Below are positions 1-9,158 of a stretch of 64,000 nt of DNA, one piece after another; the stretch's first letter is position 1; the number at the start of each line of letters is the position of its first letter. Origin of the DNA: a virus (Duplodnaviria; Caudoviricetes); IMG/VR virus record IMGVR_UViG_3300025087_000689; one strand, 5' to 3'. Made by a program: the position numbers and the translations under genes. The notes below the pieces were generated by a model. The model made no database searches. It had not been told where the DNA came from and saw nothing but the letters and a program-made list of their open reading frames with translations.

Positions 1-159
1 CGCCGCATTCTACAAGAAGATTGTAGGCTGTCGATGATCCATCGAAGATAATAGCTTGAATTAGATGTGTAATATTAAGAACTTCATCAAATTCATTGGA
101 AATGAATTGAGCAGTCTCAAATATTATTCTGGTTCTAGCTGTACGTACCAAAGGTGCTC

Positions 160-405
160 CTATATATGTTCGAATAAGTTAATATTAGAGTCTAGAACCT
201 TTAAAGACTTTTTAATCTTTCGGTTTTGTAACTTTCGGATATCAAGAACTCTCTTCATTTCGTCATAGCAATCAGTAAGTCTTTGACGTGGAAAGGGAGG
301 TGCATTAGGAAAACGCTTTTTAAGGTTTTTTCTCGCATTTTTCAGATGATCATTTGTCATCTGATCAATTTCAAATATCTTACCTTCTTTGGTTTTCCAT
401 TGCAT
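160..405 (-). CDS. hypothetical protein
   Basis: 81-aa ORF tightly packed with neighbours in the minus-strand operon. Confidence 0.7.
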   Translation of the reverse strand: MQWKTKEGKIFEIDQMTNDHLKNARKNLKKRFPNAPPFPRQRLTDCYDEMKRVLDIRKLQNRKIKKSLKVLDSNINLFEHI

Positions 406-407
406 AG

Positions 408-845
408 TTAATCATCATTACCAAGTATATTAGGAGGAAGCATTTCATCGAGACCTAATTCTTTCATTTGTTCTTTAGCTTTGACAGTGTTGAATACTTC
501 AATTATACCAGTTTTTTCATTTACACGCCATACTTTGTTAACAAGATCGTGTTTTAATTCTATGGATGAAGTAAAAAAGTTATTGAGAGTGTTATAACGA
601 GATAGTTTCTTTTCAAGTTGTTCTTTTAACTTTAAAGCTTCATCCAGATCATTACGTAAAGACTTCATCTCATTGAAGATTTTGACTTGTTCAGCATCAA
701 GAGCTTCGACAGGGTTAAAGATTTCATCTGCTGATTTAGATACTTTATCAAGCATATCTTCTGGTATATCAGTGTCAAATTTGTTCTTTAATTGCTTATG
801 AAGTTTTTCGATTGTTTCTTTAACCTCATTCCAATTGATCATCAT
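408..845 (-). CDS. hypothetical coiled-coil protein
   Basis: 145-aa ORF, heptad-like central region, overlaps stop of upstream ORF. Confidence 0.7.
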   Translation of the reverse strand: MMINWNEVKETIEKLHKQLKNKFDTDIPEDMLDKVSKSADEIFNPVEALDAEQVKIFNEMKSLRNDLDEALKLKEQLEKKLSRYNTLNNFFTSSIELKHDLVNKVWRVNEKTGIIEVFNTVKAKEQMKELGLDEMLPPNILGNDD

Positions 846-1558
846 AATATATTACCTTGTTCATGTAAAGAGACTGATCTATAGAAAGAAGGCACTTCAA
901 CTTTATTCTTTGATACTAATAAAGTACATCTGGCCTCTTCCTGACCCCAAAAATGTTTTTCTATATCAAGATAAACGAGATCTCCTTTGTCCCTTAAATA
1001 TTCAGCATGATGCATCTTAATCTTAATCGCGGCGTCCAAACATCCTTCATGTGGATTATAGGAATGACCAGTTGTTGGAGACATTCTAATTTGATTCAAA
1101 ACTATAACCAAACTTTCTGTAGAAACCAGTTCTCTCTGTAAGATCATAAAATTTCGCATTAGCCATTTGAAACGTTCACTATCATTTCGTATATTACCTA
1201 ACATAGTTAAATCATCTATAATAATAACAATATTTTCTTTTATAATCTCGTGAATAAGTTCAAATACATTTTGATTGTTTACTGTTGGAGACATCATAAC
1301 ATTAGAAGTAATATAATCTGCACAGAGTTTACGAGCTAAATCTATATAAACGATTAAATCGTTTGGAAATAAAGATATGGCTAAAGATGATTTTCCAATC
1401 TGACTACGACCATAGATTTCTACTAATCTACCAGTGGGGAAACCACCTTCTAAAATGTCGTTTAGATTTACAAATGCTGTAGGTTTAATTGAAGATTTTG
1501 TACCTATGCATTTACCCAAAACAAGATTAGAAAAAGCGTCCAAATACGATCTCCTCAA
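842..1558 (-). CDS. short RecA/UvsX-like ATPase
   Basis: GGFPTGRLVEIYGRSQIGKSS Walker A region, IIIIDD Walker B, LNQIR motif; only 238 aa. Confidence 0.8.
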   Translation of the reverse strand: MRRSYLDAFSNLVLGKCIGTKSSIKPTAFVNLNDILEGGFPTGRLVEIYGRSQIGKSSLAISLFPNDLIVYIDLARKLCADYITSNVMMSPTVNNQNVFELIHEIIKENIVIIIDDLTMLGNIRNDSERFKWLMRNFMILQRELVSTESLVIVLNQIRMSPTTGHSYNPHEGCLDAAIKIKMHHAEYLRDKGDLVYLDIEKHFWGQEEARCTLLVSKNKVEVPSFYRSVSLHEQGNIL

Positions 1559-2534
1559 CTACATTATTGAAACTCTCATCTTTATATGGAATAGAAGACA
1601 TAACATAGATAAGATCAAACATGTTGTGAACTACTGTTGTTTTTCTTATCTCATCATATTGTGTTTTCCAAACTTTAAATTCTGGCATTGATTCTAATGT
1701 CTTGATCATCTTCTGTTCTAAAGTTGGTATTTGATCAACGGTGACATTAGACATTGTTCTTAAAGCATTTTGGATTAGATTCCAATTGTCAGAAGTTTTT
1801 GCAAAGAGGTTAGTTACTTCTTTTTCAAGTCTTTTAATAGCTTCACCACGATGAATCACTCTTCCCAATGTTCTTGTATCTCTTACGAATTGGAAACTAA
1901 GTGTGCGATCGGTATTCTGGATTGTCATACCAATGCCGCATCTTACAGAAGCATCACCTATTTCACTGTTACTTATGTACAAGAACATAGAAGTAGTATA
2001 TCCGTTGCATTCTGCTTCAAACTGTTCTCGTGTCAGAATTCTAGTATTAGAATCACTACTAGAACATGTAAATTGTATTTCTCTTATTTGTGGAAGGAAT
2101 AATCTTTCCATAAGATTGATGATTTCTTTATCGTCTATGGCTGTATATGAATTTGAAAGAACTGCACGTATCTCGTTATTAATCATACGGATAGTAACGT
2201 TCTGTTGTGCTGAACATTGAGCCATCCATGTTATTTTTCCGTTAACGAGTGGAATTTCTATCCATGATGGAGTATTATCCACAACACGAAATGGGATCCC
2301 AAGCCTTCCCAGGAGGCTTTGATAGCCTGTTTTGAGAACTATTCGTGAGTTGAGCAAAGTTGGTGTTTTATCTCGAAGAAAATAGATTCTATCTTCTCCA
2401 ATAGATAACGATGGAAATAAAGCTATAACGTCTGTCTTATTAAGATCATCTATAACGGTTTTAATAACCTGAAGATTCTCAGGATTACTTTCCGTAGAAA
2501 CATGGCGATGATAATTAATTCCTGATAATTTCAT
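1527..2534 (-). CDS. DUF932-like protein
   Basis: IRAVLSNSYTAIDD and YISNSEIGDASV segments resemble DUF932 family motifs. Confidence 0.55.
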   Translation of the reverse strand: MKLSGINYHRHVSTESNPENLQVIKTVIDDLNKTDVIALFPSLSIGEDRIYFLRDKTPTLLNSRIVLKTGYQSLLGRLGIPFRVVDNTPSWIEIPLVNGKITWMAQCSAQQNVTIRMINNEIRAVLSNSYTAIDDKEIINLMERLFLPQIREIQFTCSSSDSNTRILTREQFEAECNGYTTSMFLYISNSEIGDASVRCGIGMTIQNTDRTLSFQFVRDTRTLGRVIHRGEAIKRLEKEVTNLFAKTSDNWNLIQNALRTMSNVTVDQIPTLEQKMIKTLESMPEFKVWKTQYDEIRKTTVVHNMFDLIYVMSSIPYKDESFNNVVEEIVFGRFF

Positions 2535-2725
2535 TTGATCTCCAGAATTTCGTGTTCAAAGATCTTAATCAGATCGTCCTTCTCAAGTTTTTTACTAAAG
2601 ACAACGTTCCCTTTGGAAAGTATCTGAGCTTCGAGGTCTAACTTACTTGTAAGTCGATCCCCAAATCGGCTCTTAAGGAGTCTGAAAGTAATCTTAAGTA
2701 CGAGTTTGCGAAAGAACTTTTTCAA
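2531..2725 (-). CDS. hypothetical protein
   Basis: 64-aa ORF with overlapping start/stop junctions. Confidence 0.6.
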   Translation of the reverse strand: MKKFFRKLVLKITFRLLKSRFGDRLTSKLDLEAQILSKGNVVFSKKLEKDDLIKIFEHEILEIK

Positions 2726-2919
2726 AAGAATTCCAATTGATTAGGATCATTAACAATTACAGCTTCATGTGACTTAAGCATAGCAGCGTAAAGCTTTCCA
2801 GCTTCACGTTTGTCTTTGCTCTTTTCAAGAGCTAGCTTGTATAAAGCCTGTTTCTGACTGAAAGCCGTAACTTCAGTTATTTTACCCAACTTTTTCTCAA
2901 CTACTTTGTAACGTGGCAT
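2722..2919 (-). CDS. hypothetical protein with C-terminal QLEFF (clamp-binding-like) tail
   Basis: SD AAGGAG upstream; ends NQLEFF. Confidence 0.7.
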   Translation of the reverse strand: MPRYKVVEKKLGKITEVTAFSQKQALYKLALEKSKDKREAGKLYAAMLKSHEAVIVNDPNQLEFF

Positions 2920-2929
2920 CGCAACTCCT

Positions 2930-3155
2930 TAAAAAAGCGAAGGAATAGAAATAAAAAGTTTGTATAGTAATAACGAATAATAACTAATAATCAACAAGAA
3001 CCACCTGCTTTTATGTTTAACAAAGTATTATTTCGCAGGATAGAGTTGTTTTATAATAGTTGTGCTTTCGCACATCATAAGGATTTTACTTGTCAATAAC
3101 CAGTAACTTCACCAATAGGAGAAGACCTGGCTATCTATCTATTCCAACACTAATT
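2930..3155 (-). ncRNA. candidate structured RNA with periodic GTTATTA tract
   Basis: ORF-free; GTGC-GAAA-GCAC hairpin (3062-3073), CCTGC/GCAGG stem, GTTATTA-like repeats at 2967-3000. Confidence 0.4.
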
Positions 3156-3158
3156 GCT

Positions 3159-3458
3159 TTACTCGCTGATCTCAGACATTAAGTCGTCGAAATCTATTTG
3201 GAGTTCGACTGTTGTTGAAGTGTTTGACCGCTTTATTTCGTCGTCGATCTTGAATAAAGCCTTATTGAGCTGAATGATCTTCTTGTCCACTTTCTTGATA
3301 TCATAGAGTAGTTCCTCTATGGTCTCGTTATTAGCAACGTCGATTCGTCTCGTACACTGGGTAGTGGACGAACGTACGTTCTCGAGTTCACCTTTTCTCA
3401 TCTTCAATGCCTTTTGATAGCATAGAAGAGAATTTACTGTAAGTTTCTTGTCTGTCAT
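3159..3458 (-). CDS. helical coiled-coil protein (DUF6847/DIP1984-like)
   Basis: SD AAGGAG; all-helical, ends ...IDDEIKRSNTSTTV... Confidence 0.5.
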   Translation of the reverse strand: MTDKKLTVNSLLCYQKALKMRKGELENVRSSTTQCTRRIDVANNETIEELLYDIKKVDKKIIQLNKALFKIDDEIKRSNTSTTVELQIDFDDLMSEISE

Positions 3459-3799
3459 TTGTTACTCCTTTGATTTAACTTTTCTTTTGCTTCAATTTCT
3501 CTTTTACTTGGTTTGATGTATTTTCCTAGAAGATACTTCAGGTTTTTTAGTTCTTCATTGGAACATTGATATCCAATGGTATGTTCTAAGTAGTCTAGCT
3601 GTTTTATTTTCTGGAAAATATCTTTTAAAAGATAGTTTCTCTCTACCAGTTCAGCTTCGCGAGCTAGACATGCGGAACATTCAACGTTAAATAAGGTTGT
3701 CTGTCCACATTTAGAACACGTTTTCGGTACATTTGTCTGATTCATTGTGATTGATGGGATAATTCCTTGGAAGTTCGAGTCCATTGTGATTTTTTCCAC
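3455..3799 (-). CDS. hypothetical Zn-finger protein
   Basis: CSKC...CSAC motif. Confidence 0.55.
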   Translation of the reverse strand: MEKITMDSNFQGIIPSITMNQTNVPKTCSKCGQTTLFNVECSACLAREAELVERNYLLKDIFQKIKQLDYLEHTIGYQCSNEELKNLKYLLGKYIKPSKREIEAKEKLNQRSNK

Positions 3800-3864
3800 C
3801 TATAATATAGAGTTTATCATCAACCCATGTAATGTCTTCGATCTCATAATGAGTTTTTGTTTCC

Positions 3865-4515
3865 TCATCGAAGAAAAAAACTTTTTTCGACGGGATACAA
3901 CTCTTCATACACTTTTCCAATTCGATTAACTTCGCTGAGGACTGTTTTTGCGTAGTCATTAATAGGCCCCTGTTTTATATTCTTTCTCCAACCTGGTCCT
4001 GCATAATAATACTTCAAACCTTTTTCTATAGACTGTTCTTTCTTAATGCCTTGATCTAAATAGTTGATGCCAATAAGCATACCAGCTACATCATTCATCA
4101 ATGTCACATCAGGAATAAAAGTCATAGCTGTTCTTCGACATATAGCAGATGCTGTAGAATCAAGGACTTGTGCAATACCTTTAGCCTCCATCTCAGATAT
4201 AGCCTTAGGATTAAATCCTGATTCACAATGAATTTTTGCACAAACGACTCGCCAGTCTATTCGTCTCTTCTCACATTGGTCGTAAATAATACCAGACCAA
4301 TAGAATATAACGTCTGGACCCCATATTTTTAAATATGGATATGTTTTTATCAATGTAGTAGATATTCTTTCTGGTTCTTTAGATACTACATATTTTGGAA
4401 TTTGAAGTTCGATGATCTGACCTCTTATCTGGAGTAAACCTAAATTGGTCATAAAATTGATGCATAGAATTATAGCCAATATTATAAGAATAGTTAATGT
4501 TAAACCTTTATACAT
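3865..4515 (-). CDS. lytic transglycosylase (SLT domain) with N-terminal membrane anchor
   Basis: IHCESGFNPKAIS..AKGIAQV catalytic Glu motif, YYYAG; hydrophobic N-terminus. Confidence 0.85.
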   Translation of the reverse strand: MYKGLTLTILIILAIILCINFMTNLGLLQIRGQIIELQIPKYVVSKEPERISTTLIKTYPYLKIWGPDVIFYWSGIIYDQCEKRRIDWRVVCAKIHCESGFNPKAISEMEAKGIAQVLDSTASAICRRTAMTFIPDVTLMNDVAGMLIGINYLDQGIKKEQSIEKGLKYYYAGPGWRKNIKQGPINDYAKTVLSEVNRIGKVYEELYPVEKSFFLR

Positions 4516-4868
4516 CCATATCTCCTTGGTTTATCTAAGGTATTCCAATCGTTATACAATTCTTCTTTGGATACAGGAATATGAATGATAAGACTCAAAA
4601 TCTTACTCGGATCACCTGTAACTCGGATGTAGTCAAAACCTCCGTCTATAGCTACGGCACCACAAGAACAGGGATGATAATCGTGATCTACACAACTATA
4701 TATGATATCATGACAATGTAAACATTGAATGGCATTGACCTTAGTTGAATTAGACGCCAAAATTACAGGTTTTTTTGTAATCAGAAATGTCTTTTTGGAT
4801 CTCTTGATTGTTTTCTTTTCCATTGGTACTCTTTCTAATAGTTGGAGAAAGGTCGAAGATTTTCTCAA
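4500..4868 (-). CDS. Cys-rich conserved phage protein
   Basis: CLHCHDIIYS..HDYHPCSCGAVAIDGG motif; start may be at 4823. Confidence 0.65.
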   Translation of the reverse strand: MRKSSTFLQLLERVPMEKKTIKRSKKTFLITKKPVILASNSTKVNAIQCLHCHDIIYSCVDHDYHPCSCGAVAIDGGFDYIRVTGDPSKILSLIIHIPVSKEELYNDWNTLDKPRRYGCIKV

Positions 4869-4997
4869 TTGATCCTTCAGTATTTATGACTAATCCAAGT
4901 CCACAATCACAAGATACTGAAATATAACGTATCTTCCAATTGTAAGATGATTGTAACTTGAGAGTACGACCACACTTACATGTAACTATCATGTTGG

Positions 4998-5231
4998 TCA
5001 TAGAATAACATATCCAAGAACAGCAAGAGTATCAATTAAGATAATCTCGTCTTCCGTAGTTCTTTTTTCGTCGGATTTCATCCACTCTGCAATTGCAGTA
5101 TATACCATTCCTTTGAAGAAGTCTTTAGCTTCTTTTGTAGTTTTGAATGGTACGTTTGCTATCTCACAGAGACGTTGAAAGTCAGCACTGAGTTGAAAAC
5201 TTCCATTCTTCTTTTTCTTCTTAGTTGCCAT
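4998..5231 (-). CDS. hypothetical protein
   Basis: SD AAAAGGAG 5 nt before ATG at 5231. Confidence 0.65.
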   Translation of the reverse strand: MATKKKKKNGSFQLSADFQRLCEIANVPFKTTKEAKDFFKGMVYTAIAEWMKSDEKRTTEDEIILIDTLAVLGYVIL

Positions 5232-5292
5232 TGATACTCCTTTTAAATTCATGTAAGACATAAGGACCTACTTCGTCGTGCTGTAATGTTGA

Positions 5293-5703
5293 ACCGTCAA
5301 CAGTCTGAACGTCATAGTCCTTAACTCTAATGAACTCAATCAAAAATCAAGAATATGTCCAATATGTCGAAAATTTTGGTCTTCTATGACTGAACGTACA
5401 AAGAAGATGACTCTTAGAGAAGCTCAAGTTAAAGGAAGAAAGTATGGTTATTCAGCTTATAAAAGTACATACGTTAATACATACAATCGTAGTTGGAATA
5501 AAAATCTAACTAAATTACCATGTCAAAAATGTAATTATGACAAACATATTGATCTTTGTCATATTAAACCTATTCGTAGTTTTTCATTGGATACAACACT
5601 TGGAGAAATTAATTCTCCTGAAAATAATCTTGTTTTGTGTCTAAATCATCACTGGGAATTTGATCATGGTATATTAGATATAAAAGATATTTCCAAAAGG
5701 TGA
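5293..5703 (+). pseudogene. 5'-truncated HNH endonuclease, antisense to the operon
   Basis: CQKC..CHIKPI...NNLVLCLNHHWEFD HNH motif; frame open from 5293 (RICPICRK) with no proper start or SD before ATG 5386. Confidence 0.7.
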
Positions 5704-5728
5704 TGCTCTACCAGCTGAACTACATCCC
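5695..5728 (-). pseudogene. tRNA 5' half
   Basis: GGGATGTAGTTCAGCTGGTAGAGCATCACCTTTT = acceptor 5' strand, D arm and anticodon 5' strand; no 3' half found. Confidence 0.7.
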
Positions 5729-6042
5729 TATATGGCTGGCATGGCGTTTATAGCTTCGATTGTTTTAAGAGCAGTAGAAGTATGTTTTGTTGGCCAAACA
5801 AGAAGATTTACATCTCCATCTTTTATGACTTCTACGATTGGAATCAGTTTTAGGAATTCGGTATGTAAAAAAACCTGGAACTCATTTTCGTCAATGGTAT
5901 AACAACGAATCCAAGCCTCTCCTTTTTCACCTGATCCTGAATCAGATTGGAATGGTAACAAACCCTTATAGTTTTTAACCATTCTCTCGATAATAGGAGC
6001 TATTTCATCTTTCGCTTGGATTTCGACTTGGAAAGCTTGCAT
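5728..6042 (-). CDS. hypothetical protein
   Basis: 104-aa ORF, SD-like GAAAGGA. Confidence 0.7.
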   Translation of the reverse strand: MQAFQVEIQAKDEIAPIIERMVKNYKGLLPFQSDSGSGEKGEAWIRCYTIDENEFQVFLHTEFLKLIPIVEVIKDGDVNLLVWPTKHTSTALKTIEAINAMPAI

Positions 6043-6108
6043 ACTGGTTTCCTTTCTGATTCTGAACGCGGTTCGGTGAATATAGCCGAATCTACAAACA
6101 TAATATCA

Positions 6109-6441
6109 TTATATAGTTATTCTCATTCTTGCTACTTCATTTAAATCGAAAGATGGTTTTTCAAGTGTTCTGTCTGAATTTTTCCATTGGCATACTAACT
6201 TATGTTTATACGCAATCTCGATTCCTGGCCAGATTCCAGTCCAAATATCTCCTTCTCCTTCTTCACAATTACAACTAAGTCTTTGGTCTCCACATTTTAA
6301 ACATCTAGCAACATCGCAGTTTTCTAGGTGCTGTTCATCAACTGCAACACCACAATCAGGACACATGCCGATATCATCATTCTCTTTCTTCCATATCTCT
6401 TCTACTAATTCATCAGATGGATTTTCTACTTTAATCCACAT
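6109..6441 (-). CDS. Cys-rich conserved phage protein
   Basis: CPDCGV...HLENCDVARCLKCGDQRLSCNC motif. Confidence 0.7.
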   Translation of the reverse strand: MWIKVENPSDELVEEIWKKENDDIGMCPDCGVAVDEQHLENCDVARCLKCGDQRLSCNCEEGEGDIWTGIWPGIEIAYKHKLVCQWKNSDRTLEKPSFDLNEVARMRITI

Positions 6442-6453
6442 ATATTATCCTTA

Positions 6454-6848
6454 TTATGATTTGATAACGGCTAAGGGTATGAGTTCTTCTATGATCTCAA
6501 CTAAATCAGTCTGGGATGCCATAACTTCTTCCACGTTTTTGTAAGCTCCCGCTGCTTCATCAAGGTCTGAAACATTCCGAATCCCATGAATGATACCCTG
6601 ATCATCTAGTATCTTGATTTCTTCAGCTAGATTCAAGGTTCGTGAAGCTTCTTTTCTTCCCATTTTTCTTCCTGCTCCATGTGAACAAGAGTTGAAAGAG
6701 TCTGGGTTCTCTTTCCCGCAAACGATATATGATTTGGTCCCTTGACTTCCAGGGATGATACCAACTGTATCTTTACGAGCGAGGTAGCACCCTTACGGTG
6801 AACCCATACGTATTGACCAAAGTGATTCTCAAGAGATGTGATAGTCAT
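6454..6848 (-). pseudogene. rtcB: RtcB RNA ligase, C-terminal remnant with frameshift
   Basis: VHRKGAT | ARKDTVGIIPGSQGTKSYIV...SCSHGAGRKMGR...DEAAGAYK; one base missing near 6780; N-terminal two-thirds absent. Confidence 0.85.
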
Positions 6849-6857
6849 GAACTAACA

Positions 6858-7112
6858 TTAAAAAACCTCAAAAAGATTATCTGGATTCATCATTGCAGGT
6901 CTTGTTGTTCTCTTAAAGAGTACGCAGCACTCATCGTACTCATAACATAAGCCTCCTACGGAATAAACTATACGTTGATTATCACAGTTTTCTTTATGCG
7001 AACAAATCATAGTGCAGGTTCTAACATTCTTTATGCGAGCTTCTTTTCCGAGAAGATCTTCTCCACCTTCGTAATGATGTAGGGCAAAATTATAAATTTC
7101 ACCTGTTTGCAT
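6858..7112 (-). CDS. hypothetical protein
   Basis: 84-aa ORF starting 6 nt after tRNA-Ser CCA. Confidence 0.6.
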   Translation of the reverse strand: MQTGEIYNFALHHYEGGEDLLGKEARIKNVRTCTMICSHKENCDNQRIVYSVGGLCYEYDECCVLFKRTTRPAMMNPDNLFEVF

Positions 7113-7118
7113 ATAAAT

Positions 7119-7209
7119 TGGTGGAAGGAGTAGGATTTAAACCTACGAGGGCTGTTAACCCTACTAGTTTTCAAGACTAGTGCAATAAATCAGACTCTGC
7201 CACCCTTCC
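7119..7209 (-). tRNA. tRNA-Ser(TGA)
   Basis: cloverleaf, CTAGT-CTTGAAA-ACTAG anticodon arm, long variable arm, encoded CCA. Confidence 0.9.
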
Positions 7210-7220
7210 GTATGATATAG

Positions 7221-7309
7221 AGGAGGAAACCGGACTCGAACCGATAAGACGAGTTTTAAATTCGTCGGTAGATTAGTAATCTACTGCCTTGCCATTAGGC
7301 TATTCCTCC
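7221..7309 (-). tRNA. tRNA-Ser(ACT)
   Basis: GGAGGAA/TTCCTCC acceptor, GTAGA-TTACTAA-TCTAC anticodon arm, long variable arm, TTCGAGT T loop. Confidence 0.85.
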
Positions 7310-7316
7310 AAACTGA

Positions 7317-7784
7317 TTACTTTCCAGCTTTGATACTCTGACGTTCAATGTCAGCTTCTCGAGCATCTTTGATAACAATAGCAGTCATATCATCTTCAGG
7401 TCCGCAAACGTAGAAGTTTTCTACTGGTACGGATTTGAAGTAGGTAACTACTCTTTTAACAAAGATTTCGTACTGTTCAGGTAAAGAAGGTATGACAACT
7501 TCCATTGGAAGATCGAAGAAGAAACCTATATTCTCTGCATCTTCAATCAGTCTTGTCTCATGTTTTATGAACTGACGGCTAGATGGAATGTTAAGGATGG
7601 ATCCAGCTTCGGTACGTTTACGTGCTACAGTAAGAGCACGATCTCTTACGAACGTATCCTTCTTATTACACTTGCTCCAACCAATACGTACTGTATTAGC
7701 TATTTCGTCATAGATAGCAACCATTGCTCCAATTGGGTGATTTCCGTCGCCTCGGAAATACTGAATCATCTCATGATTTGCCAT
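7317..7784 (-). CDS. conserved phage protein
   Basis: SD AAGGAG; IGWSKCNKKDTF motif. Confidence 0.7.
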   Translation of the reverse strand: MANHEMIQYFRGDGNHPIGAMVAIYDEIANTVRIGWSKCNKKDTFVRDRALTVARKRTEAGSILNIPSSRQFIKHETRLIEDAENIGFFFDLPMEVVIPSLPEQYEIFVKRVVTYFKSVPVENFYVCGPEDDMTAIVIKDAREADIERQSIKAGK

Positions 7785-7849
7785 TATTTTCTCCTTGGTT
7801 TGTTTTCTTACATTCTTTAGATATTATACTTCATGAATGTAGAAATTGT

Positions 7850-8113
7850 TTATATAAATACGTTTACTACTGAGTCTGGATTAGCTTTATATGGTTTCTT
7901 ATCTCTTGTTTTCTTACTACGAGTATTTAAAAATGCTTCTACTTCTTCAATGGTTTCCCCAGTAAAAACAGGAACTATATCGTGAACTACAATACTTTCT
8001 ACAGCTCTTCGCTCACAATAGTGTTTCAAAGTACCAAATCGTTTTATGGTATAAGTATGACGCCTAGTACCGTATTGTACGGTATAATCGAATATAGTTT
8101 TTGATCTTGGCAT
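7850..8113 (-). CDS. hypothetical protein
   Basis: 87-aa ORF. Confidence 0.6.
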   Translation of the reverse strand: MPRSKTIFDYTVQYGTRRHTYTIKRFGTLKHYCERRAVESIVVHDIVPVFTGETIEEVEAFLNTRSKKTRDKKPYKANPDSVVNVFI

Positions 8114-8291
8114 AATTTATAATATGACTCTTTATTTTGTTAATTTAATATTGTGAAAATATATAATATACCTTTAAGTAGATATACCACTCATAGCTAT
8201 TGCGAATATAACCATTAATGGCTAAAAATACTTAATCCTACATGTGCTTCATCGTCTGATATCATATCAAATTCATCACAGATTAAAACTA

Positions 8292-8507
8292 TCATTTATC
8301 CACCAATTGATGAAGACGATTAGTTAAGTCAGAAATGGTTTTGCGAAAGAAGTCCACACACTTCATAGTGGGGTTATTATACTCTGTTGTATGGACCTCA
8401 CCTGATCCACAGACTCGACAGACTTCTGTTGGTTTTTCAATACCTCGTCTATCGTTGACTGTGTATCCTTGATCATTGTTTTTATTTTCGGTTGTTTCAG
8501 TAGCCAT
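8292..8507 (-). CDS. hypothetical protein
   Basis: SD GAGGAG; CRVC motif. Confidence 0.65.
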   Translation of the reverse strand: MATETTENKNNDQGYTVNDRRGIEKPTEVCRVCGSGEVHTTEYNNPTMKCVDFFRKTISDLTNRLHQLVDK

Positions 8508-8555
8508 GTTCTAAACTCCTCATTTAGTATTTTTGATATGTTTGACATAATTTAA

Positions 8556-8631
8556 TAGATCGGGGAAAATTTGAACTTCCGAACCTTTACCTTATCAGGA
8601 CACTGCTCTAAACCAACTGAACTACTGATCT
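8556..8631 (-). tRNA. tRNA-Ile(GAT), degenerate
   Basis: D arm and T arm intact, loop CTGATAA, weak anticodon stem GTGTC/GGTAA and one acceptor mismatch. Confidence 0.7.
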
Positions 8632-8855
8632 TCGCTTTCTTTATAAGTTTTTTCTAATTTGTCCCAATATCCAGATTCATTTTGATATCGTTTTACAGCT
8701 TCTACTTCTTCTGGAAAAGCTAAAGATAACTTAGCTTCATTTCCCACATCAGCGTGAAATATACAATCAAATAACTTGGTGAAGAATCCGCCACTCATTT
8801 GATACTTATATTCAAAGAGATGTCGTTCACCTTGATTTAGTTTTTTAGTGTTCAT
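8622..8855 (-). CDS. conserved small phage protein
   Basis: GGFFTKLFDCIFHADVGNEAKLSLAFPE motif typical of a small phage family. Confidence 0.7.
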   Translation of the reverse strand: MNTKKLNQGERHLFEYKYQMSGGFFTKLFDCIFHADVGNEAKLSLAFPEEVEAVKRYQNESGYWDKLEKTYKESEDQ

Positions 8856-9051
8856 TTGATTTCCTTATAGTAAATACCATCCACGGATAGTGATCCCATT
8901 TAGCTTTCTGATGTCTTATTATCCTACCTCTATCTTGTAGTCTTTGTACTGCAAACGCTCGTTGCTGATATTCTGTAGCCCAGAAGATAGTGAATCCTTT
9001 GTATTCTTTAATTCTATCAAGGACTTGTTTTTCTTGTTGTCTTTTTGTCAT
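8845..9051 (-). CDS. hypothetical protein
   Basis: 68-aa ORF overlapping the next start. Confidence 0.6.
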   Translation of the reverse strand: MTKRQQEKQVLDRIKEYKGFTIFWATEYQQRAFAVQRLQDRGRIIRHQKAKWDHYPWMVFTIRKSNEH

Positions 9052-9075
9052 TTATGTATTTCTTTAAATTTATTT

Positions 9076-9158
9076 TGCGGGTAACAGGACTTGAACCTGT
9101 ACGAGCTTACGCTCACAAGCTTCTAAGGCTTGATTGTCTGCGATTCCAGCATACCCGC
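9076..9158 (-). tRNA. tRNA-Leu(TAG)
   Basis: GCGGGTA/TACCCGC acceptor, CAAGC-CTTAGAA-GCTTG, variable arm GAGC-GTAA-GCTC. Confidence 0.9.

Noticed and set aside
6041-6100. TTCGG/CCGAA hairpin as a ribozyme or tRNA relic
   Set aside because: A single short stem with no other conserved motif
8363-8548. ORF overlapping 8292-8507
   Set aside because: No SD; the overlapping frame has a strong GAGGAG and is preferred
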